A stretch of 64,000 nt of DNA from Bacilli bacterium. GTDB taxonomy: Bacteria > Bacillota_I > Bacilli_A > RF39 > UBA660. The notes below the pieces were generated by a model. It made no database searches and was not told the DNA's origin. It saw only the letters and a program-made list of their open reading frames with translations. Shown here piece after piece: positions 15,737-25,628 of the stretch (its first letter is position 1; each line of letters opens with the position of its first letter). A program made the translations under genes and the position numbers. The stretch lies in NCBI GenBank assembly GCA_045541255.1, contig JAZQIU010000027.1, forward strand, positions 924-64,923, read 5' to 3'.

Positions 15737-17986
15737 TTATCCTAATGTATATGGATTATTATAAGTTCCATTTCCACCTGTTATTTTTGCTGTAGATTTT
15801 ATTTGAACTATTGGTCTAACAGCTAATGTTTTTGTTGTTATTGTCCCTGAATTTGCTTCAGAACCTACAGTAGTTATAAGTTTCCCATATGTATCTACAC
15901 TATAGTTATATGCGTATGCAAATACATTAGTATTATAATTTCCTCTATCTCCATTAAAAGCATTTCCAGAATCAACTAACCAGAAAGCACTTTTTCCACT
16001 CTTTATATAATTTGATGATGCATAAGTACAAGATGTATCACTACTACATTTTGCAACTTTCATATAATCATATCTACTTAATAAGCCAACTTTTACTGAT
16101 GTATATACATTAGTAAAACTTTCTAATAAGCTTGTGTCACTTAATTTAAAACCACTTAAAGTTGATCCCATTGTTTGATATTTAAATCCATAAGAAGTAT
16201 ATGTAGAACTATTTCTATCTGTGTCTCCTAAATATCTATACAAATATCTACCATAATTACAACAACTTGCAGTACATTTTCCAACTTGTCCATAAGCAGT
16301 AGATGTATAATTACTATCTAATATTAAACCTAATTTTCCTGAAGTTTTTTTGTATATTCTCCATAGTTTTCCACCATATCTAACATAATTGTTTGATTTA
16401 CTTCCTATATAATGGCATATATTATTATTACTTGTATCTTTAGTACAATTAGTATCAGACCACTCATTTATTTTTTTTGTTATGTAAGCATTAGCTTGTG
16501 TCCATGATGAACATCCAACTTTATTACAAGTTCTTAAATATAAATACTTTATGTTATCACTATTAAGTGAATTTGCATTAATTGTAAGAGAAGTTGATGT
16601 AAATGATGTACCACTAGATGTTGGTGTTGTATTACCTAGCGAATAGTAATATGTTGAACCGCTTAATGTATTTGTAGGTAATTTTAGTGCGAATGTTTTT
16701 GTTGGTGTATAGCTTGTTGAGGCACCGCTTGAAACAGTTGGTGAAGTTGGCATTACATCAATATTTATATTGTATTCTTTAGTAATAGTTCTTCCCAATT
16801 TATCTGTAACTTTTATAGTTATTTTATTTGCTGGAGTTGTTATTAAATCATTTTTTAATTCTTTATATGTAGAATCAGTATCTAATTTGTATTCTTTTTT
16901 TTCTATAATTTCTTCATTTGATAAACTTACAGATACTTTTTTACCTGTATTCCAAGTTGTACCAGATACTGTAGTATTATTAGCATTCTTAAATACAATA
17001 TTTGTTATTTCTAATGTTGGAACTTTTTTTATTGTTAAAGTAAATGTTTTTGATGTTATATAATCAGTCTTTGATATTAACTCGCTATCTGTATAAGTTG
17101 TCTTTTTATCTACTACATTTATTTTAAATGTATATGTTCCTTCTACTAAATCATTAAAAGTATTTGATGATTGTTTAGTAGAATCTTTTTCATATACAAT
17201 TTGTATTGGTTCGCTATCATATGAAGTGTTTATTTTTAAATTATAAGTATCGTTTGTTGTATATAAAGTATAATTATTAGCACTTTTTTCTTCCATATAA
17301 TGTTGATTGGTTACAAAGTTATCAGTGTTAATACTATAATCAAATTCATCTAAAACTATTACTTGACGCGTTTTAGATTTTAGTACTCCATCTATTTGAT
17401 ATGTATATTTTACATTATAAGTACCTGGTGTATTACCATCTATATTTTCTTCACAAGTATATTGATTATCACCACTAATACTTGTTACATAAGATAAATT
17501 ACTACTTATATTTAATCCATTTTTGTCATTAAATATTAATCCACCTGTAACACCTACAAAATGAGTACATTTAAAATCATCACCTTTAGCAATAGTTAAA
17601 GCATTTGCAACAACATATCCTTGTAATGAATCATCTTTCTCATAAGTAAATTCTAGATAACCATCTTCATTAAGAGTAACTAAAACTGGTGTTTCATCAG
17701 ATATTGCATTACCATTTTCATCAACAATATCTTCACTTATTAAACCATCTTCTCTTAATTCTTTAATTGTTACTGTTACAAAACCATATCCGTTATATAG
17801 TTTTTCAACAACCCCTGCATTACCATTGGTATATACTTCTGCTGCTGAAATAATAGTTTGTGTAACATCTTCTTTTGTTTTTTTACTAAATAATTTGTCT
17901 GAATTAACTCCAACAACTATTCCAATTATTGCAATTAATACTACACACATAATTATTTCTATTAGTGTAAACCCTTTTCTATTCAT
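15737..17986 (-). CDS. Large surface protein with prepilin-type N-terminal cleavage/methylation leader
   Basis: MNRKG|FTLIEIIMCVVLIAIIG class-III signal. About 700 aa of Ig-like repeats plus a Cys-rich C-terminal domain. Start placed at the second ATG (17986), because the first ATG is 1 nt from GGAG. Confidence 0.7.
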   Translation of the reverse strand: MNRKGFTLIEIIMCVVLIAIIGIVVGVNSDKLFSKKTKEDVTQTIISAAEVYTNGNAGVVEKLYNGYGFVTVTIKELREDGLISEDIVDENGNAISDETPVLVTLNEDGYLEFTYEKDDSLQGYVVANALTIAKGDDFKCTHFVGVTGGLIFNDKNGLNISSNLSYVTSISGDNQYTCEENIDGNTPGTYNVKYTYQIDGVLKSKTRQVIVLDEFDYSINTDNFVTNQHYMEEKSANNYTLYTTNDTYNLKINTSYDSEPIQIVYEKDSTKQSSNTFNDLVEGTYTFKINVVDKKTTYTDSELISKTDYITSKTFTLTIKKVPTLEITNIVFKNANNTTVSGTTWNTGKKVSVSLSNEEIIEKKEYKLDTDSTYKELKNDLITTPANKITIKVTDKLGRTITKEYNINIDVMPTSPTVSSGASTSYTPTKTFALKLPTNTLSGSTYYYSLGNTTPTSSGTSFTSTSLTINANSLNSDNIKYLYLRTCNKVGCSSWTQANAYITKKINEWSDTNCTKDTSNNNICHYIGSKSNNYVRYGGKLWRIYKKTSGKLGLILDSNYTSTAYGQVGKCTASCCNYGRYLYRYLGDTDRNSSTYTSYGFKYQTMGSTLSGFKLSDTSLLESFTNVYTSVKVGLLSRYDYMKVAKCSSDTSCTYASSNYIKSGKSAFWLVDSGNAFNGDRGNYNTNVFAYAYNYSVDTYGKLITTVGSEANSGTITTKTLAVRPIVQIKSTAKITGGNGTYNNPYTLG

Positions 17987-18033
17987 GAAATCCATACTCC
18001 TCTCATACTATAAAAAAATTATATAATTATTAA

Positions 18034-18043
18034 CCCCCCCCCC
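18034..18043 (-). repeat. Homopolymeric G10 tract (C10 on the plus strand) in the promoter region of the pilin-leader gene
   Basis: Read directly: taaCCCCCCCCCCgac. Lies 48-57 nt upstream of the ATG at 17986 and 10 nt upstream of a TATAAT. Confidence 0.95.
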
Positions 18044-18143
18044 GACTTTTTTCGAAGAGGAATTAGGTTATATAATTTCTAACTTTTTCATAAATAGAAT
18101 TTTATAGAACTAGAACTCTCAGTACTATATAATTAGTATAAAA

Positions 18144-18167
18144 CAAAAAAAGAACTTAATCAAGTTC
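18144..18167 (-). terminator. Terminator of the yebC-family gene
   Basis: GAACTTGATTAAGTTC hairpin (18152-18167) followed by a T-run on the minus strand. Overlaps the stop codon. Confidence 0.6.
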
Positions 18168-18872
18168 TACATTATGATAAATATCCGTTACATCTTCAAT
18201 CTCATCTAATAAGTTATAAAGCCTTAAGAATAGTTCCTTGTCTTCGCCTTCTAATGTCACTTTTTCTTTAGGATACATACCTACTTCATCAACTTCATAA
18301 TCTATATTTTCTATGAAACTTTCTAATGTATCTTTTATAGCATGTATATCAGTTGGATTACAAGTAATAATAATTTCTCCATTATTACTTTCTAAGTCAA
18401 CTATTTCTATACCAGCATCTAATACACGTTCAAATACTTCTTCTTCATTATTGTATTTAAAACCAATTACTCCTAAATAATCATAGTTATAACTTACACT
18501 ATTTGTTACACCTAGATTTTTATGTACTTTATTAAATGCTGCTCTAACAAACCCTACTGTTCTATTAACATTGTCTGTTAAAGTTTTAATAATTAATGTA
18601 CTAGCTCCAGGGCCAAAACCTTCATATACTACTGTTTGATAGTCATCTTGACCTGCGCCTTTTGCTTTATCTATTGCTCTATTTATAATGTCACTAGGAA
18701 CTTGTTGTTTTTTAGCTTTTTCAACTATTCTTTTTAAATTAATGTTTGTATCTATTTCAGGATTTCCTTTTGCAACTAAATATATTTCTTTTGCAAAAGT
18801 ACTATATAGTTTTGCTTTCGCAGCTCCTGTTTTTTGTATACTTGCTTTTCTTACTTCATATGCTCTTCCCAT
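18156..18872 (-). CDS. YebC/PmpR-family transcriptional regulator
   Basis: MGRAYEVRKASIQKTGAAKAKLYS... Full-length and collinear with the family. Confidence 0.9.
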   Translation of the reverse strand: MGRAYEVRKASIQKTGAAKAKLYSTFAKEIYLVAKGNPEIDTNINLKRIVEKAKKQQVPSDIINRAIDKAKGAGQDDYQTVVYEGFGPGASTLIIKTLTDNVNRTVGFVRAAFNKVHKNLGVTNSVSYNYDYLGVIGFKYNNEEEVFERVLDAGIEIVDLESNNGEIIITCNPTDIHAIKDTLESFIENIDYEVDEVGMYPKEKVTLEGEDKELFLRLYNLLDEIEDVTDIYHNVELD

Positions 18873-18910
18873 ATTTTCACCTCGACTTACATATTATATG
18901 TTGTTTTTAT

Positions 18911-19195
18911 TTATTTTTCAACAATATTATTATATTCTTCTATTATTTTATCTTCTTCTAAATCTAAAGTATTTTTATTTTTCTTAAAAAACGATTTTAT
19001 AATGGTTGATATAGAGAAAAACGCTCCTATTATTAAACTAACTATTAAAAAGAGTACCCATGCACCACTACTTAAAAATTCGGTATTTGCGAAAATAAAT
19101 ACTGGAATCATTAAAAGTAATATTACAAAAAATGAATAAATATAAGTTAATAAAAAGAAAAGAGGTATAGATAAAATTATCTTTAATATTTTCAT
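18911..19195 (-). CDS. Small membrane protein
   Basis: Two or three hydrophobic helices. The plus-strand ORFs here are low-complexity shadows. Confidence 0.4.
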   Translation of the reverse strand: MKILKIILSIPLFFLLTYIYSFFVILLLMIPVFIFANTEFLSSGAWVLFLIVSLIIGAFFSISTIIKSFFKKNKNTLDLEEDKIIEEYNNIVEK

Positions 19196-19205
19196 AAATA
19201 ACTCC

Positions 19206-20255
19206 TTAATAAAAATATTTTAGTTGATATACAAAATCAGTTACCAAACTATTTTTTGATTTTAAATTATTCTTTTTAATATATCTTAATATTTTTGGAA
19301 TATTATAAACTTTGTAATAATCTTCTTTATTATCTTCTAATATTTCCTCAATACTTTTTAATATAGCATCTTTTATATCTGGCGTTTTATATTTTAATTT
19401 TATAAGGTTCATTAACTTTTCATTAATTTTTCTTGCTAAAAATTTATACATATAAAACTTTTTAAAATAATATTTAAAGCCATGATATTTATTAAAATAT
19501 AATAAAGTATCGTAATATCCCATATAGAAATTATTTTTTATATCATTATTATCAAACATTAATACTGGTCCTGTATTTTTTGTTGGTGATAATTCAATTA
19601 TATTTTTGTTTAGGATATTACTTTTTTTAGTAGGACCAATTCCATTAATTCTAATTGCAATCACTTCATTACATCCATGTTTTTCTAGTAATGTTATAGG
19701 TAGATTATTAGTAAAACCTCCATCTAAATAAAATGAATTGTCTATAATTTTATTCATTTTGAAAGCAGGTAAATATGAACTAGCCATTATATAATCTGCT
19801 AGTTTTCCACTTTCTATTTCATTTATGGTTAACTCTAAAGGTTTTAAATCTTTTAATCTTAATGTTACTAAACCATAATTAATTTTACTTTTTCTTACTT
19901 TTTCTTCATCTACATATTTTATAATCATTTCTTTGTAGTTAGAAACATCTAATCCTTTATTTAAAATTATTTTTTTTATTTCTTTTAAAGATGTTTCTAT
20001 ATTTTCTTTTGTTATATCAAAATTTTTATAAGACTTTACTATATTTTTATTGATTCCTACTATTTCACTATCAGCACTCATCCAAAGTTTCTTTGCAAGT
20101 TCTATATCTCCTTGAACAATAAGTGCTGCATTTAAAGAACCTATAGAAGTGCCTGCAACCATATCAAATTTATAACCTAATTCTTTTAAAGCAATATAGG
20201 CTCCTAATTCATAAGAGCCTTTTGCTCCTCCACCCTCTAATGCTAAACCTCTCAT
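19206..20255 (-). CDS. Patatin-like phospholipase
   Basis: GGGAKG oxyanion motif, GTSIGS nucleophile elbow, DGG. Confidence 0.85.
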   Translation of the reverse strand: MRGLALEGGGAKGSYELGAYIALKELGYKFDMVAGTSIGSLNAALIVQGDIELAKKLWMSADSEIVGINKNIVKSYKNFDITKENIETSLKEIKKIILNKGLDVSNYKEMIIKYVDEEKVRKSKINYGLVTLRLKDLKPLELTINEIESGKLADYIMASSYLPAFKMNKIIDNSFYLDGGFTNNLPITLLEKHGCNEVIAIRINGIGPTKKSNILNKNIIELSPTKNTGPVLMFDNNDIKNNFYMGYYDTLLYFNKYHGFKYYFKKFYMYKFLARKINEKLMNLIKLKYKTPDIKDAILKSIEEILEDNKEDYYKVYNIPKILRYIKKNNLKSKNSLVTDFVYQLKYFY

Positions 20256-20257
20256 AT

Positions 20258-20938
20258 TTAATCCTCATAATCTAACTTATTATTTATAAATTCTTTATCC
20301 ATTAATAACTCATGCATAAATTCTTCTTGATTTTCTATACTTAATTCTTCAATTCTATCTACTCTGCATTTATTTGATATTATTATTGAGTTTACCTTTT
20401 CTACACAAGTATCTAAATCATCATTTATTACAACATAGTTGTATTTATTAATTTCATTTATTTCATTATATGCTGTTTTGAATCTATTTATAATTTGTTC
20501 TTTAGTTTCTGTTCCTCTGCTAAGTATTCTTTTCTTAATTTCTTTCATTGATGGAGCAAGTATAAATATAAGTAAAGTTTCTGGATATTTTTCCTTTATA
20601 ATTTGGGCTCCTTGAACATCAATTTCTAAGATAACATCTTTACCACTACTTAACAAATCTAATACTTCTTTTTTAGGAGTTCCATAATATTCGTCATATT
20701 GTACTTTAGCATATTCTAAAAAGTCATCATTTTCTATTTTATTTTCAAATTCTTCTTTTGTTACGAAATAATAAGTTTTGCCTTCTATATCATTATTTCT
20801 TATTTTTCTAGAAGTATATGAAACAGATAAATATAAATTTTTATTTTTTTCCAATAATTTTTGAATAACTGTTCCTTTACCGGCACATGTTGTCCCAGAT
20901 ATTATAATAAGTTCACCTTGTTTTTTTGATTTAATCAT
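20258..20938 (-). CDS. gmk: Guanylate kinase
   Basis: P-loop GTTCAGKGT, SYTSRKIR...GKTYYFV. Confidence 0.85.
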   Translation of the reverse strand: MIKSKKQGELIIISGTTCAGKGTVIQKLLEKNKNLYLSVSYTSRKIRNNDIEGKTYYFVTKEEFENKIENDDFLEYAKVQYDEYYGTPKKEVLDLLSSGKDVILEIDVQGAQIIKEKYPETLLIFILAPSMKEIKKRILSRGTETKEQIINRFKTAYNEINEINKYNYVVINDDLDTCVEKVNSIIISNKCRVDRIEELSIENQEEFMHELLMDKEFINNKLDYED

Positions 20939-20939
20939 A

Positions 20940-22046
20940 TTATTCCTCCGAAGCTAAAATTAATTTTGGAGTTGCTTCTATTTTTTTATTTGTTTGTAAA
21001 TTATTATAAATATGAAGTTTAGATAATATTTCAAAAATATCTTCTTTATTTAATTCATATATATTTATACCATAACTTGTCATTTCTGTTAAATTTATAC
21101 CTAAATTAGTTAGTTTTTTATTATTACTTTTTTCAAATTCTAGATAAGTTGTTAATAAATATTTATAACTTTGAATAATTGATTTTATTTCTGTATTTTT
21201 GTCTGCTATTTGTTTTAATATTTTTGTATAAAATTTTACTATATCTTCTTCGTTGTATTCATCTAATATTAAACCCAATTTAGCTTTATATTCTTTATAA
21301 TTTTCTTTTAAATATAATCCTAAAGAAATAGATAATGATTTTAAATATTCTTTTATTTTTTTGTCTATTTTATCAATCTTCTCTTCTCTTTTGCTAGAAA
21401 GCACAAATGGTTCTCTTTTTATTGTTTTTTTCTTTTCATAATTATTTATAATTGCATCTATTAGTGAATCACTACCTAAGCCTCTTAATTCATTTAAAGC
21501 ATTTACTGATAAATATCTATCATGTTTTACTGAGGATAATAATAATTCATAGTTATAAACAGAAAAATTTCTTAATAAAGAGTAAAATTCTTCTAAATTA
21601 GTCTTAAAAGCATCGTATTTTTTTGTTAATAATAATGTTATTTGTTCTATTGTTTCACTACTTTTTATTTTGTTATAATCTAAATCATTGATTTGAAGTT
21701 CTTGTTTAAAATCATTTGTAAGTTCACTAAATTCTATACCATTATCATATGCTTCTTTTATTAATTTATTTGTAAATCTTGTTGTTAATAATATATCTGT
21801 AATTTGTTTCATATCTAAATTTTCTAAAAAAGCATATTTTGATTTTAATTTTTTATATTCTTCTAATTTTCTAACAAAATTATTACCTTTTAAATTAGAT
21901 ATCTCTTGATATTCTAATTTTAATAATTCTAATTCATTTAAAAGAATTGTGTATTGTTCACTATTGATATCACATTCTACTAATTCAGTTTGTTTTATTT
22001 TTATTTTTTCTAATAATTCTTTTTTAATTTCTTCAAAACTTTTCAT
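20940..22046 (-). CDS. Hypothetical coiled-coil protein
   Basis: Long ORF abutting the gmk start. No motif recognised. Confidence 0.4.
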   Translation of the reverse strand: MKSFEEIKKELLEKIKIKQTELVECDINSEQYTILLNELELLKLEYQEISNLKGNNFVRKLEEYKKLKSKYAFLENLDMKQITDILLTTRFTNKLIKEAYDNGIEFSELTNDFKQELQINDLDYNKIKSSETIEQITLLLTKKYDAFKTNLEEFYSLLRNFSVYNYELLLSSVKHDRYLSVNALNELRGLGSDSLIDAIINNYEKKKTIKREPFVLSSKREEKIDKIDKKIKEYLKSLSISLGLYLKENYKEYKAKLGLILDEYNEEDIVKFYTKILKQIADKNTEIKSIIQSYKYLLTTYLEFEKSNNKKLTNLGINLTEMTSYGINIYELNKEDIFEILSKLHIYNNLQTNKKIEATPKLILASEE

Positions 22047-22108
22047 ATAAATGCTCCTTAGTATTATCTTGTATAAATTATAACATAAAAAAATAACTAC
22101 TTAAATAG

Positions 22109-22924
22109 TTATTTATTATTGTAATCATCTAAAAAGTTATAAGTTTTTTCGTCACTATGATAACCTAATATAGCATCTAAATTAATATTGGACATTGATT
22201 TAAATATATTATAATCTATATCTTTATTATTTTTTCTTAGTGTTTTTATTAATTCTTTGATTTCATTTCTTTTTCCTAATTCAGTTGCTTTATTTGTAAA
22301 TGAACAAGCACAATTTATAAAATTTAATTCATTGTACTTTGTCCAAGATAAGATATCCATTTCTTTTATTAGATACATTGGTCTAATAAGTTCTAAACCT
22401 TCAAAGTTATCACTATGTAATTTAGGCATCATTGTTTTTATTTCACTTGCATAAAACATATTTAATAATGTTGTTTCTATTACATCATCAAAGTGATGAC
22501 CTAATGCAATTTTATTACACCCTAATTCTTTGGCTTTACTATATAAATATCCTCTTCTCATTCTTGCACACATATAACAAGGATGTTCAGGATTTAGTTT
22601 ATTTGCAACTTCAAATATATCAGTAACAAACAATTCAATTGGTATGTTTAAAAGTTTAGCGTTATTAACAATTTTATCTATATTTTCTTTTGAATAACCT
22701 GGATTCATAACTACAAACTTACATTCAAACTTTAATTTTCCATGTCTTAATATTTCTTGCATAAGTTTTGCAAGTAAAAATGAATCTTTACCGCCACTAA
22801 TACATACCATAATATTATCATTTTCTTGTATCAGTTCATATTCGTTTACTGCTTTAACAAATTTAGCCCATATTTCTTTTCTAAATTTTTTTATAATACT
22901 TCTTTCTACATCTTTATAATTCAT
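22109..22924 (-). CDS. ttcA: TtcA-family PP-loop tRNA thiolation ATPase
   Basis: SGGKDS PP-loop, PCYMCARMRRG Cys motif, GHHFDD. Confidence 0.75.
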   Translation of the reverse strand: MNYKDVERSIIKKFRKEIWAKFVKAVNEYELIQENDNIMVCISGGKDSFLLAKLMQEILRHGKLKFECKFVVMNPGYSKENIDKIVNNAKLLNIPIELFVTDIFEVANKLNPEHPCYMCARMRRGYLYSKAKELGCNKIALGHHFDDVIETTLLNMFYASEIKTMMPKLHSDNFEGLELIRPMYLIKEMDILSWTKYNELNFINCACSFTNKATELGKRNEIKELIKTLRKNNKDIDYNIFKSMSNINLDAILGYHSDEKTYNFLDDYNNK

Positions 22925-22932
22925 AACATCAC

Positions 22933-24105
22933 CTAAAAATTAAACATTATCCATTCAGGTTTAAATATTAATAATAATCCCATAATAATCATTAATATTC
23001 CACCGATTAAATTTACAAACTTATTATATTTTGTACTAATTCCTTTAGTTTGTAAAGTGAAAAATGCAATTAAGAAGATAATTAAATCATCTAAAATATA
23101 GAATAAAATATAAATTAATAAATAAATTATTTTTGAAAAACTTGTAACTCCATTTATTGATAATAGCTCTAAAAATATTGTTGGAAATCCTAAAGAGCAT
23201 GCAAGTTCTACAATATTTACACTTATTGCTAAAATAATTGTTCCTGTTATAGCTAATATAGTACTTTTTTTAGATAATATTTCATTTATTTTTTTTATTA
23301 TTCCTTTTCTTTTATCTTTATCAACTACATGACATCCTGTTTCTTTTCTTGTCTTTATAAAAGTATATAAATTATATACACCTAATATTATTGCGATGAT
23401 TGCTATTATATTTCTTATAGCGGTTACCATTGTTAAGTCTAATATAAAACTTATACCAAGCATTGACAAAAAGTATATAAACGCCCCTGTCAATATAAAT
23501 GTAAAACCTACTGTAAACATTTTTTTTCTATCTTTTATACTTATAGTCATATTTATAAGCAATAAAAGTATCCACATAGCACAAGGATTAAAACCATCAA
23601 TAAAACCTAATATCACAGCTATAAGACTTAGCGAAGCATCTTTAGCTTTTAATTCTCCTAATAATGGAATATTATATTCTTTTTCTACATCATCATCAGT
23701 TAAATAATTATCTATAATACTTTCTATACTTGTTTTTGTTGCATCGCTAAATCCAATAATATACTCTTCACCTATTACTGTAAATGGAACATACGGTTCA
23801 TTTACATTTAATGCAGTTTTAGTAGCATTCATCATTTTGCTATTATTTTCATTTTTTGTTACTTCATATGTATAAACATTTATTTCGTTTTTATATTCAT
23901 TTTTTAGTTCATTTTCTATATATTCTATTTCCTTATGACAATGAGGGCAAATTTCACTATAAAATAAATATAAATTAATTTTATCTTTATCAATTTTTTC
24001 TCCTACTATATTTGCTACTATATCATTATAATTTTTAGATAATGCTAAAGTATTAGTTGGTATTAGTAAAAATAAAGATATTAATATGATTATAAATTTT
24101 TTCAA
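22933..24105 (-). CDS. Thioredoxin-fold (CPHC) domain fused to a CcdA/DsbD-like membrane domain
   Basis: Signal peptide, CPHC motif, then about 6 TM helices with an FNPC motif. Confidence 0.6.
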   Translation of the reverse strand: MKKFIIILISLFLLIPTNTLALSKNYNDIVANIVGEKIDKDKINLYLFYSEICPHCHKEIEYIENELKNEYKNEINVYTYEVTKNENNSKMMNATKTALNVNEPYVPFTVIGEEYIIGFSDATKTSIESIIDNYLTDDDVEKEYNIPLLGELKAKDASLSLIAVILGFIDGFNPCAMWILLLLINMTISIKDRKKMFTVGFTFILTGAFIYFLSMLGISFILDLTMVTAIRNIIAIIAIILGVYNLYTFIKTRKETGCHVVDKDKRKGIIKKINEILSKKSTILAITGTIILAISVNIVELACSLGFPTIFLELLSINGVTSFSKIIYLLIYILFYILDDLIIFLIAFFTLQTKGISTKYNKFVNLIGGILMIIMGLLLIFKPEWIMFNF

Positions 24106-24362
24106 ATTATATCACTCACTTCTTCTAGTATTTCTTTTTTTGTTTTTTCTCCAATAATTCTTTTTATTTCTTTATTATCTTTTTCAAATATAACTACTGG
24201 AAGTATATCACCAACATTATATTGTTCTATCTCCTCTTCATCTAAATCATAATCAAGACTTATATATTCATGATTAGGATAAATACTTTCTATTTCAGTC
24301 CAAATACTTTTTGAAATTAAACAGCCTGGACACCACATTGCATTTATTTTAATTATTTTCAT
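24102..24362 (-). CDS. Thioredoxin-like protein
   Basis: WCPGC active site, 86 aa. Confidence 0.7.
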   Translation of the reverse strand: MKIIKINAMWCPGCLISKSIWTEIESIYPNHEYISLDYDLDEEEIEQYNVGDILPVVIFEKDNKEIKRIIGEKTKKEILEEVSDII

Positions 24363-25482
24363 TATTTATCTCCTCATCGTATATATCTTTAAATGTTTTT
24401 AAGAATGTTTCCAATTCTTTCATCGTTGTTAAATGACTTAGACTAATTCTTATGGAATTCTTCGCTAAATCTAAATCATTTGTTATTGCATAAACCGATT
24501 TAGATGGTGCATTTCCTAAAGAACATGCAGAAGTTGTTGATAAATATATTTCTTTTTCTTCTAATTTTTTAACAACTTTTTTAGCATCCATATTTTTTAA
24601 ACTTATATTTATGGTATTTGGTATAGAGATTTTTGGACTATTTATAAAAATAGATGAAAATATACTTAGTTCTTCCCTTAAAAATTTGTTTAAACTATCA
24701 ATATATTCATATCTTTCATTTAAATTATTTAAAGCTATTTCCAATGATTTATCTAATGCTATAACATTTGCTGGAATGGGTGTTCCACTTCTATAAATAG
24801 TTGTTGATTTGCCACCATGTATTAGAGGAGTTATTTTATTATCATTTAAATTTAACAATACTCCAAAACCATTTAATCCATAAAATTTATGAGGTGCGAA
24901 TGTTACGAAATCAACACCATTAAAATCAACATTTATCTTACCTATTGCTTGAGTAGCATCTGTATGGAATATACAATTAGGATATTCATTAACTATATTA
25001 GCAATTTTTTTAATTGGTTGAACTATACCTAATTCACTATCTACATAACAAATACTAACTAATATTGTATCTTCACGAATAGTATTTTTTAGTTCATTTA
25101 TATCTACTTGTCCTTTATCATCTAAAGATAATACACTTATTTCATATCCTAAAGATGCTAAAAAATTACAAGGAGCTATTATACTTGAATGTTCTACTGG
25201 AGATATTATAATGTGTTTTCCAATATGCTTATTTCTTTCAGCTACACCTTTTATAACTAAATTGTTTGATTCACTTGAACCACTAGTATAAATAATACTA
25301 TCTTTACTACAATTAAAATATTTAGCAATATTATTTGATGATTTATCAATTGCATCACTCGCTAATTTTCCTAATGGATGTGAACTGTTAGGGTTTGCAG
25401 TATATTTGATAGTAGAATCAACAAATGTTTTTAGAACATCTTTCTCTACTGGAGTATTTGCTGCATAATCTAAATAAATCAT
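24349..25482 (-). CDS. Cysteine desulfurase (class V aminotransferase, NifS/IscS-like)
   Basis: PLP-lysine context FAPHKFYG. Active-site Cys loop STTSACS. Confidence 0.85.
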   Translation of the reverse strand: MIYLDYAANTPVEKDVLKTFVDSTIKYTANPNSSHPLGKLASDAIDKSSNNIAKYFNCSKDSIIYTSGSSESNNLVIKGVAERNKHIGKHIIISPVEHSSIIAPCNFLASLGYEISVLSLDDKGQVDINELKNTIREDTILVSICYVDSELGIVQPIKKIANIVNEYPNCIFHTDATQAIGKINVDFNGVDFVTFAPHKFYGLNGFGVLLNLNDNKITPLIHGGKSTTIYRSGTPIPANVIALDKSLEIALNNLNERYEYIDSLNKFLREELSIFSSIFINSPKISIPNTINISLKNMDAKKVVKKLEEKEIYLSTTSACSLGNAPSKSVYAITNDLDLAKNSIRISLSHLTTMKELETFLKTFKDIYDEEINNENN

Positions 25483-25628
25483 ATTATACCTCCTAAACTA
25501 TAATTAATTATAACATATAAATTATTATTTTTTTATGAAACATATAATTTTTATTGTACTTTCTATTTAATTTAAAGGGTACATAAATCATTTTAAACTC
25601 ATATAATAAAATTGTAAAAGGAGAATTT

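Noticed and set aside
18688-19139. Three overlapping plus-strand ORFs (99, 71 and 101 aa).
   Set aside because: They are Phe/Leu/Ile-rich low-complexity translations antisense to the yebC-family gene and a small membrane protein. No RBS.
25483-25628. Looked for a TPP (THI-box) or other riboswitch upstream of the NMT1/SsuA-like ABC transporter.
   Set aside because: Only about 145 bp of AT-rich promoter DNA is present. No CUGAGA/ACCUGA-type conserved cores were seen.
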